A DNA stretch of 64,000 nt, from NCBI GenBank assembly GCA_017654855.1, contig CM030333.1, positions 1,612,001 through 1,676,000 on the forward strand. Reading direction: 5' to 3'. A program made the position numbers and the translations under genes. Origin of the DNA: Podospora anserina (Eukaryota). Positions 52,056-62,650 of the stretch are shown here, one piece after another. How positions within the stretch are numbered: position 1 is the first letter of the stretch; the number at the start of each line of letters is the position of its first letter. The notes under the pieces are model-generated. The model ran no database searches, had not been told where the DNA came from, and worked only from the letters and a program-made list of their open reading frames with translations.

Positions 52056-52191
52056 GTGAGAGGATATTAGGAGTGAGAGGCTATCAGGGGTGAGAGGCTA
52101 TCAGGGGTGAGAGGCTATCAGGGGTGAGAGGCTATCAGGGGTGAGAGGCTATCAGAGGTGAGAGGCTATCGGGAGTGAGAGGCTAGTGGGA
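52056..52191. repeat. 17-bp minisatellite, 8 copies of GTGAGAGGCTATCAGGG (4 perfect, ends degenerate)
   Basis: Head-to-tail units starting at 52056, 52073, 52090, 52107, 52124, 52141, 52158 and 52175, with no spacers. Confidence 0.95.
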
Positions 52192-53460
52192 ATGGGCTTG
52201 GAACAGTGGCAGCTGATCTTGTCATTTCATACAACTCTCTCATAAACCATTCGGACATGTGTCCCACGAACACAGATGGAAGGTCATTTGGTCTGGTCTT
52301 GACGCTGGCTGATACTACGACGGCACGGAAGGGTGGTAGCTACCAGAGATGTGATAGCTCCGGGAGCGGCAGTGAAATCTGGGGTATGAGCACCTCTTGA
52401 AACAAGGGCATTATAATTTTTGAGAGGAAAAACAAAACAAGTGAAATCATAACAGCTCTCATAGCTTGAAATATTTCCAGTGTCTCTGTCTATGAGTAGA
52501 TGTCTAGGTTTGAGAGCTTGATATGTGAACGTTGGTGAGATAAAGCCTCTGATTTCGAGATTCAAACAGTACTATATTCCAAGATAAGTAAACAATTCCA
52601 TTATCCGTCGAAAATAAATATCCATCTTCAACAAGAACGGTCGCAGAGCTCTCGTGAAGAACAGGATAATAAAGAAAGTCGAGAAAAGCAGGCACGCTGC
52701 AGCACGGAAGGTGGCTTGGCGTGGAGGGGTTGCCCTCTCTGGTGGGGCACGGGCACTCAAAAAGTGGCAGAGGAGGAGCAAAAGGCCAGAGGGGCAGGAA
52801 CAGCAGGGCACCGGCGGCGCAAACGGGTGAGCCACCAACTCGAAGCAGCAGCATCGCATTTTGAAACGAGGAAACTTGGGAAGAGAACACTCACCCGACA
52901 CCCGGACAGCATACAGTGTGCTGCTAACCAACAATAATAGCCCACACCTCAACCTGAGGTATGTCAGTCAAAACTCCATATCAGATCGAGCTTGAAGATC
53001 CCACAGGCCTGGTAGAGGCCGGGAGGCGGCATACGCCTCGTTTCGATTCTTTCTTTAGATAGCTCTAGTGCCACTTCCTCAGTGTCTTATCCGCACATGG
53101 AAACTTTGCGAAGAGCAATGCGGAGGCTAACAATAACGAGCTTCACACCCCACTAGCCCGGCATCAAAAAGAATAACCACAATAATAACACACACTACTT
53201 ACTCTACACCTCTGCTCTCTCTTCTTCTCTCTACTACTATTCCTCCACCGTACTTTCAACCCCCCCAATTCAACCCCCGCCCTCGCGATACACACGGTCG
53301 TCGCTTTTTCCAACCAGCGCATCGTCACCACTGACCACAGCAACCCATACCCCGCAGCCCAGGCGCAACACCAGCGATCTTACCTCCATCCTCATCATAA
53401 ACACCACCACCACCATTGCCCCCCAGAAAAACACTCAGCAGGACAGAGTCGCCGCCCGCC

Positions 53461-56431
53461 ATGAGCTGGCAACCAAACCAGGAGTCCCTCGGGACACTCG
53501 CGACATGTCTCCGGGACTCGCTGAGCGGCTTCAACAAGACCGCCCAGAAGCAGGCCGAAATTGTGAGTTGCGATGGTCGCTGTGGAAAAAAAACCAAAAA
53601 AAAAATAAAAAATATTGCTGGCGCGCCCAACTGACTGGAGATTGCCGGCGCAGATGCTCACGCAAGCGAAAGCGAGTCCCGATATCAACAATTACCTGGC
53701 ATTCATCTTTTCGAGTGCCACTCCAGCGCCGGGCACACCGGTGCAGCAGCCCACCGAATGGCATGTGGTCCGATCTGCTGCCGCCATCATGCTCAAGAAC
53801 AACATCAAGAGCAACCTCAAGGGAATCCCCGAAAGCAGTCTCCAGTTGATCAAACTGGCCATTCCTCTCGGTATCCAGGACACCAACTCTCAGATCCGCA
53901 GCTTTGCTGGCAACCTTGCGACCGAAATCGTCCGTTGTGGAGGACTTTACAGCTGGCCTGAGCTCCTCGAGGTTCTGCTCAAGATGATTGGCAACGAAGG
54001 AAACCAGTACTCGAACGAGGCCCAAGAAGGTGCCATGGCCGCCATGGCCAAGATCTGCGAAGACAACACCAAGGTTTTGGAACGGGAGCAAAATGGCCAG
54101 CGGCCGCTCAACATCCTTCTCCCCAAATTCATCGAGGCTACCAAGAGCCCCCTGCCAAAAGTCCGCGCTCTGGCCCTCAAGGCCATCAACGAGTTCACCC
54201 CAAGGAAAAGCCAGGCCATGCTCAACGTTATCGATACCCTTCTCCAGCATTTGTTTTATCTCTCCGAAGACAAGTACCCCGATGTGAGGCGAGAGGTGTG
54301 CCGCGCCTTTGTCCGGCTGGTTGAGACCCGGCCCGACAAGCTGCTGCCTCATATCGGAGGTTTGGTCGACTACATCCTTACCCAGCAAAAGAGCGACGAC
54401 GAGGAGCTCGCCACAGAGGCGGCTGAGTTCTGGTTGGCTGTGGGCGAGCACGACAATCTCTGGCAGGCCCTTGATCCCTACCTCGGCAAGATTATCCCCG
54501 TGCTTCTGGAATGCATGGTGTACAGTCCCGAGGATATTGCTCTCTTGGGAGGCGCGTCCGACGACGAAGACGAGGAGGATCGAGAAGAGGATATCAAGCC
54601 AAAGTTTGCCAAGAAGAACTTGAAGCGCGGCGCTGCTGGTGCTGAGGAGGGTGAAAGCCAGGAGGACAACGGCTACGAGAAGATGGCCGAGGAGGGTCTG
54701 GAGGAGGGCGAGATCGACGACGAAGATGAGGACGACGACGGCGATGAGAACCCAGATGAGAAGTGGACCCTCCGCAAGTGCTCTGCGGCAGCGCTCGACG
54801 TTTTTGCTGGCGATTTCGGCGGCAAAGTCTTCCACTCGATTCTCCCCTATCTGCAAACAAACCTGAAGCACGAGGACTGGCCACGCCGCGAAGCTGCCGT
54901 GCTTGCCCTCGGCGCCGTTGCCGATGGCTGCATGGGTGTTGTTGTGCCCCATCTGCCGGAGCTTGTCCCCTACCTCATCAGCCTCCTTGAGGACCCGGAG
55001 CCGGTGGTCCGTATCATCACATGCTGGACCCTGAGCCGGTATTCATCATGGGCTGCGAGCCTCACAGACGGGGCCCAGAAACAAAGTTACTTTGAGCCCC
55101 TCATGGAGGGCATCCTTCGCAGGATGTTGGACAAGAACAAGAAGGTGCAAGAAGCGGGTGCCTCGGCCATGGCCACCCTTGAGGAAAAGGCCGGCAAACA
55201 GTTGGAACCGTACTGCGGGCCGATCATCCAGCAGTTTGTTCTATGCTTCAGCAAATACAAGGATAAGAACAGATGGGTTCTCTATGACTGCGTCCAGACG
55301 CTGGCCGAGCATATTGGACCGGTTCTGGCTCGCCCCGAGCTTGCTGGCCAGCTCATGCCCACCATCATCGACAGATGGCAAAGAGTACCAGATCAGTCGC
55401 GGGAAATGTTCCCCTTGCTAGAGTGCCTATCCTACATCGCCATGGCGCTCGGAGATGCCTTTACTCCTTATGCCGAGCCGATCTTCAACAGATGTGTCAA
55501 CATCATTCACCAAAACCTCGAGCAGTCCATGCACGCCAAAACAAATGCCAACTTTGATCAGCCTGACAAGGACTTTTTGGTCACCAGTCTTGATCTTTTG
55601 AGCGCTATCATCCAGGCCCTGGACAACACCAAGGCGGCAGAGCTTGTTACAAGAAGCCAACCGGCCTTCTTTGAGCTCTTGAGCTTCTGCATGGAGGATC
55701 CTTCCGACGAGGTGCAGCAGTCGGCCTACGCCCTGGTTGGTGACTGCTCAAAGTATGTCCCCGAGCAGCTGAGGCCGTTCATCCACAAGATCTTCACCAT
55801 TCTGGTCAAGAAGCTCGACCTGGACGACATCTTGGACGAGGAGATTGACAGCAGCTTTAGCGTTGTTAACAACGCCTGCTGGAGCGCCGGCGAGGTGGCG
55901 ATGCAGTTCAAGGAGGAGATGGCGCCGTTCGTACCAGAGCTGCTGCGGAGGTTCGTCGAGATCATCTCCAATCCTGGTGTGCCTGGCGGCGTGGTCGAGA
56001 ACGCCGCGATCGCGTTGGGCAGACTGGGTCTCTTCCATGCCGCCATCATCGCGCCTCACCTTCCCAAGTTTGCGCACGAGTTCCTCACCGTCATGGACGA
56101 GGTCGACACATCGGAGGAGAAGGCGACTGCTTTTAGGGGATTCTGCAACGTCGTCGCTCAGAACCCGCAGTCGATTGAGAATGTGCTGCTGGCCTTCTTT
56201 TCGTCGATTGCGAGGTACCAGGACTTGAAGCTGCGCAACCCCATCAAGCAGGAGTTGCATGAGGCTTTCTTGAGTGTAAGTTTTCTTCCTTGCATTGGTT
56301 GTTATGTTAGATGCTAATGAACACGACAGGTCCTCAAGATCTACCAGCAATTGATTCCGGGGTTCGTCGACTTCCTCAACAAGCTCCCGCCACAAGACCA
56401 GCAAGCACTCAAGACGACATATGGTCTCTAG
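53461..56431 (+). CDS. KAP104: Importin beta-2 / transportin (karyopherin Kap104)
   Basis: MSWQP.., RSAAAIMLKN (IBN-N), EAAEFW, acidic H8 loop (EDREEDIKPKF..DDEDEDDD), WTLRKCSAAALD, NKKVQEA, NNACWSAGE and ENAAIALGR. Introns 53563-53653 and 56276-56329. Confidence 0.96.
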
Positions 56432-57010
56432 GATCAAGGTTATTGCCGTGGCAGAGTCTGAGCGCTGGCTGCATTGTGGGCTTGGATTCACCAACGGACG
56501 GTGAATGTCATCGGGGTTCGCGAAGGGTAGATTCTCACCATCATTGCTACTGCTGTTGCTACTGCTCTGATCGTGTATTCTTCATGACGAGAGAGAGATG
56601 AGTGGGGATTTAATAGAAACACAATGTGTCCCTGGCAGCAGCTCATAGGTCCCCCCATTCTTGTTTCCCGAATCATCAACCCAACAACACATGGCACGTT
56701 TCACGAATGAAAATCATGCCCCCCATCCCCTTAGCGGAAGAAACATCATTACATAAGTAGATAGTCCGGTTTTTACTCTTTTCTTTCTTTCTTTCTTTCT
56801 TTCTTTTTATTTTTTTCCAGCTTTGCGGACTTTTCAAAAGGAAAGAAGAAAGAGAAAGTGTATACCATACCCTTGCGCTCTTTTTTTGATGGTGTGTAAT
56901 GTGGAGTGATTGATGGTTTTGGTAGTAGGTAGGTTTCTTTGAGATTGTTGATATCTTGATGGATTTGTTGCGTGTTTTTCTTAGGTAAATGGTGTGTGAC
57001 TTTTGTGATT

Positions 57011-57050
<40 letters not shown>

Positions 57051-58091
57051 TGTGAGCTGGAGTGGGGAGAGGATGATGAGTTGGTTACACAGTGAGGGAG
57101 TTGAGTTGTGTTCAGCGGAGGCAGAGTCGGGGTTTGTTTATTTCCACCAAGTGGAGAGCAGGTGAGGGAACGATGAAAGAGTGGAAGCATTTGGGAAAGT
57201 AGCGAAGAGGGTTGGGAGTGTCATTACCGAGAGGGTGTGGACTTTTGAAGGTGGAATAGGAGAGGAGGGAGGACACTACAAAGGGAGTTGGGCTTGTGTG
57301 GAAATAGGCCTCATGAAAGGATGGGCAGAGGAGGTGGATAAAACATTGAAGGAAAGGTAATCAAAAGAGGAGGAACATTGACAAGGCAAAAGCATTTGTC
57401 ATGGGTGGTGGACCTGATTGGAAGGGTCAAAAAATGGTAGATGGTATTTTTCTTTCCTCGAGTCTTTAGATAGGAAACAACTTAGCATAGCACGACAACA
57501 GTAGATAGGTATATAGCGTTAGGTAGATAAAAACTTTTCTCGGTGTTTTGTAAATAGTACATGTAGTTCATCTACTCCAGATAATGTCCCTTTTCCCTCT
57601 GCGCTACTTTCCATTTAGGAATCCAACCCCTTTCTTGTTGCACATACCTGAGTAAATAACCACCTACCCATTCTTCTTGCCCTGGAGTTAAGACACATTA
57701 TCCACAGAGGCCCCCGAGTGATGTTGGTACCAGAACACGCCTTGGAAAGGTACTCGGTGTCCTACCGACCTCTGGCAGATAATGACTTTGGAGGTGTCTC
57801 TGCAAGTTCCACAAACCATCTACCAACCTTGTTCTGAGGATGGTCAGCCGACATGCCGTCCAACGGTCTGCTTAATACCAAGGGAAGCACGACAATCGCA
57901 TATCAAGTGGTGCAACAATATACAATATAGAACTACAATTTCCTACATTCCTATCCCCTTAGTATTCCCCTTACCTGAAAACAAAACCAAGTATTATACA
58001 AAGGTCAACAGTACCCTATCAAACAAATTCTATCATCCGGCATCCGGCATCCGGCATCCCTCGAGTCCATCACCTCAAATCCTGCCGTTGC

Positions 58092-59850
58092 TTATCCCGC
58101 TTCCCAGAACCTCATCATTCGCCTCATCCCCGCCTTCCACGTATGCAACAACATCTTCTCGACAATCTTCACACAAGTCCAGGCGCAGCCAACGGCGAGA
58201 GTCCAGGCCGAATCCTCATGGACATAGTTGTGAACGACTCGGCTACCTGTGCGGGTGTCGGCTTCGACGCCTGCATCGAGGTGGTAGAACGGGCGTCGGG
58301 ACAAACTTTGTGGCTTTCTCCTCCTCCACTTCTACCTCAGGGGAGTCAAGTATGAGGCTGAAACACCAGTTTTCACGCCGAAAGATGGATTCTATGATGG
58401 CGGTTCCGCTGTCTTGAGGAAACACAGATCCCCGAGCAGGAAATACCTACTTGTCGCCGGCGGGTGTTCGTGCTCCGAGACCACTAGCATTGACGATGAT
58501 GTCAGCTCGGAACTCACGCATGAGTTTTTCTTCCTGTAGATGAAGAATCTCCCTTGATCTCACGGGTCGCGGAGATTGCTTCCTTGAACCTGACGGTCTT
58601 CATCAAGAATTCCATAGCGGTATGAGTGTCTATAGCCGGCGCCTCGTGTCTGTAGCCCCATTTCAGCCTAACTGAGCCAAGATAGTTTGTTGCACTCAGG
58701 GCGTCCTCCCATTCTCGAAACTCGAATGTATTCCAGTCTTCAAGTGGAAGGCTTCGATAACCAGCCTTAAACTTCCCGCGGAAGTCTCCATACCCGGTGT
58801 CCAGGCGCGCAATAGCTTGCAACTTTCTGTGGTGTTCGCGCGCATTCTCCTGAGTTTGGCTGTCAGCCCCCTGCCTGTTATCCTTATGACTGTGATGGGA
58901 AAATTGATACAGTGCGATCATTCTGGCTCCGAACTCTTCCAGCTGACTTTTCTTGGCTAAGTGCTCATAGAACAGAAAGCTGTGCATCGCCCACAACCGA
59001 GCCTGCGCGGGCTCGGGGAACGCAACCGCAGGAGCCCGGTTCTCTGACAAGCGACGACCACTTGGGGGGTACTCCCACAGAGCTCCAGCAGTCTGAGAAC
59101 ACATAGAACCATCCTTGTTTGCATCCTCCCCGTACCATTCTTTGGCAGCAACCGAGACACGATAACCCCTATCCAGAAGAATCCAGGCTGTCATCAATCC
59201 ACTGACCCCACCTCCGATGATGAGGACCATCTTGTTGTTGTTGTTGTTTTCGGTGAATTCTTGAGCGAGTCGATTGGTAGCACCAATGATAGAATCTGCA
59301 TCATCTATGAGTTTCATCCCTCTGGTACAAACATCCTCGGCATTTCTCGAGGATACTTTGCTTCCGTCGATTTGAAGCCTCAAGCAAGCATCACAAGCCC
59401 CTTGGGTGGCACGCGTAATCCTGTGGGCGGAACTAGCGGCGGTGCCCAGCAGCTCCGCGTACTCCCGAAACTTGCAGAAACCGTAGGAGCCATAGTCATT
59501 GTAGTCTTGTAGTCACTAAATATAACATCATTGGCCCTGGCGACGATCGACTTGGAAATGTTGGTGGCGGAGTGGTGATAGTAGGTAGCGGGCTTGATCA
59601 GATGGTCAGTGCTGGCTCCCTGGAAATCATCCGGCTTGGACAGGAGTGTTTCTTGTTCAAACTCTTTGATGAATGTGTTGAGATAATCCATAGCCATACA
59701 AGCCTTACTGTAGACGGTCTGGGTGTCCTGCCACAATCCATGGGAATCACGGTCTTCTCTGGCGAGCTCGGCATACGAAATCGAGCCTCTGGAGAGCGAG
59801 AGGACACCTGTCCCGTCATTAGATGGGAGTGGAACTTGGATGATCGGCAT
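58092..59850 (-). pseudogene. Disrupted D-amino-acid oxidase/FAD-dependent oxidoreductase family gene with a long N-terminal extension
   Basis: VLIIGGGVSGLMTA (FAD), SQTAGALW, IIVNASGLGAR..D.*V.PARG and VVHNYVH..AWTLAVGCA lie in different frames. Lesions: 8-bp duplication 59499-59514, +1 frameshift about 58546, TAG at 58447-58449, and a further frameshift about 58290. Confidence 0.85.
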
Positions 59851-61115
59851 GGTTGCTAGGTTGGACTAAGTGGATGAAAGCCGTAGAGTGCCAATGTGGG
59901 GAGGCGTGAGTTGTGATGTTGAACGGTGGGTGGTTGTCGAGTATGCTTTTATGACCGATCCAGATGATCATCAGATACGACCAAAATAGAAATAAAGAGG
60001 TTGGTTCGAAGTTTGGGAGGAAGTCGTGAAAGTTTGTTTGAGGGAGAATTAATGAGGGTGGGTGGTGAGGTTGCAGGAGTGACTCGGCTCGACTCTTGCA
60101 AACCGTTAGTGATTTTGACGATGTGAGAGCCAGTTTTCGAGAGAAAAAAAAAAAAGGTTCTCCAGGAAGAATCAGGCATCAGTGCGAAATTGTTGCTCAA
60201 GCCAACAGTATTGCGCAATTGCTCTAGGGCTTGTGGGCATGTTTGTTCCTTCCCAGGTTGGAAACCAGTCAGTCGCTCTTTCCCTGTGGGAGCAAAGGGC
60301 ATGAAAACATGATCCGTCAAGTGGAACTGTGATCACACGGCTACCTGGACCGCTGCAGTGATACAGTTGATCTCACAGTGAGAGGTTACAGGTATCTTAA
60401 GATGGCCTTTCAGCTAAGGTCAGTGATGCGTATGGTGAAGGACATGAAAGCAGACATGCGTTAATAACACCGCAGTAAGACTTCGAGCCCAGGGACTCAC
60501 GCTATGGGTTCTTTCATATATCAACCCGAGCCCAAATTCAAGGCTATTCTTATTCACCGCAAGATTTGCGTACTCAGGGGCGGGCAAGCAAGTCAGTAAA
60601 CAAAGGAATACATACATAGCCCAATACTTGCCGATTCTGTTCAAGGTGCCATTAAGCGACTCGATAACCCAGTTCTTACCAATAAAAACGCATCTACGGC
60701 AAGAAATATTTCCAGATGTATGATAAGAATAGGAGATCGATAAAGGAAGAGATTTCAATGTTCAAGACCTCATCAAGCTTCTCTACAACCCAACTCTTGA
60801 CAACAGAACACACCTCCAGGGCAAGAACATCTACATAGCGAGCATTGGAGGTCAAGATTTCTGAGGAAGAGGTTCTCAACTGCACAGCTTAGAGCACTAT
60901 CAAGCATCTCAATATCCCAGCACTTACATATACACGGCAGGACATAATCTCCAATGTATGCCGCATTGGATGTTCAATGAGGAATATTTACATCTTGAGG
61001 GTTTATCCATCTCACGCTCCCAACTATCGAAAAAGAGGGGGCGGATGCTTTCGTTGAGCAAGCCCCACATATACCCAACTTCCAACCCCTGTTTACAACA
61101 GTCATCCAGTGAAAA

Positions 61116-61187
61116 AGCTGCGTGGCGCAGCGGAAGCGCGCCGGGCTCATAACCCGGAGGTCACTCGATCGAAACGAGTCGCAGCTA
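61116..61187 (+). tRNA. Initiator tRNA-Met (CAT), intronless
   Basis: AGCTGCG..CGCAGCT+A acceptor stem (A1:U72), D arm TGGCGCAGCGGAAGCGC, anticodon arm CCGGG-CTCATAA-CCCGG (three G:C pairs) and T loop ATCGAAA (A54/A60), all eukaryotic initiator hallmarks. Confidence 0.97.
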
Positions 61188-62650
61188 AATCTTTTGGTAA
61201 TATTTTTTTCTATCCCTAATTTTTTTCACCCTGATCTCCTCCACACAATCCGTCTCTCTCATTTCTGCTCATTTTTTAAGCATCACGAAATTGCAAAGGA
61301 ACTCATGTTTTGTCCAAAGTTTATTTCTTTATATTATTAATAATTAGAGATCCTCAGGCATCCGCCCCTTTCCGCTGTCAATGTCTACGCTATATCAACC
61401 ATGCTAGTCGTCATTCCGTGAAAGGGCAGAACAACAAAACATGATCAGCAACATGATAGCAGGGCAAGATGGCCTCTCTCCACACCCAAGCTAACTACAA
61501 CATTAATCAATACAGCTCATCGACCACACGCTATAATAGTGATCGCTGTACCCCACCCTTCCCAAGTCCACCACCCAATCCCTCAAGAGTATACGCCCGG
61601 TATTTTCCTTCCCTTTTGCTCCCCGCTGAAAAAGCCAAGCAGAGAAGCCAAATCAAAACAAAAAATCCAACAAGACGCCATTCCAATGCAGATCCTGAAC
61701 ACCGCAAAACCAAAAAGGCCGTGTACAGAAATGTTCCCTTATGGTTCCCTCCCAAAAGGAAATACAAGATTAATAGCCAGAGACCACACATACACACACA
61801 CAGAGAGAGAGATTAAAACCCTTCTTAAAACGATAAACAGAGTCCAAAAAAAAGCCAAAACAACAGATGCTATGCAGTTGGGTATCAGGATCCAAAACCA
61901 AAATGCCAAAAAAGGAGTGTGTGCCTATGCCGATTATATGCAGGGTTCGTAAAAGGAGTGTCTAAGTTGGGTATCAAATCCGTTCGATCCGGTAAAAGTA
62001 AAGGAATGTCTATAGTTCGATGTTGCTGGACCAGCCGGGACAAAGGAGCGTCGGTAAATATGTGTATCGTAAGGAGCGTCGTGCATGAAAAATGCAAGTA
62101 TTAGGTAAGTGTCGTTGCAGTCGTAAAGGAGCGTCGTGTGCATTGAGAAAAATGCCGTGGGATAAGCTGCGTTGTGAAGATCAAGGTTGTGATCGCCAAA
62201 CGAGTGTCGTGTACATTTGCGTCTGTGTTGAAGCGTGGAAAAACAAGCGAGAGTGCGCTCCGGAAAAAAGAAAACGAGAAACGGAAAAGCGAAAGTGGGG
62301 ATAAGGATGGGAGGTTGGGGGCAGATCATGGGCTACATCATCTTTCCCTTTCCCTTGATGTCATCCTGAGGAGCCGTGAGGGCGGGAATCACGGTGTTGT
62401 CGAGACTTGGAAACCTGGAATGTGCTGACATCACTGGCGTGGCAAGCAGCGGCGTGAGGGGTGATTCTGGAAGCGGAGGGTATTGAGCGGGTCCGGGACT
62501 CAGATAGGGCGAGTGAGCAAAAGACGAAGACGGAGCTGACATCCATGGCTGCTGGTCCTCCTGTGGCGTGTGGTCTAATGTTGTGCTCGAGTAGGAAGGC
62601 CTGGTCGTCATCTTGTCAATCACCTTTGACTTGTGGATTTCCAGAGGCTC

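Noticed and set aside
52056-52191. Regular 17-bp repeats as a CRISPR-like array
   Set aside because: Head-to-tail with no unique spacers, eukaryotic context and no cas genes; it is a minisatellite.
52400-52826. Basic, stop-interrupted + frame as a RIP-mutated gene relic
   Set aside because: Too many stops, no start codon and no recognisable motif; cannot be told apart from intergenic DNA without a homology search.
58447-58449. TAG in the oxidase gene as an editing-corrected premature stop
   Set aside because: The gene also has several frameshifts and eroded motifs, so editing alone could not restore it.
61934-62329. Second in-frame ORF beyond the TF extension's own TAG
   Set aside because: Composition is UTR-like (poly-T derived F/L runs) and it would need two readthrough events; probably chance.
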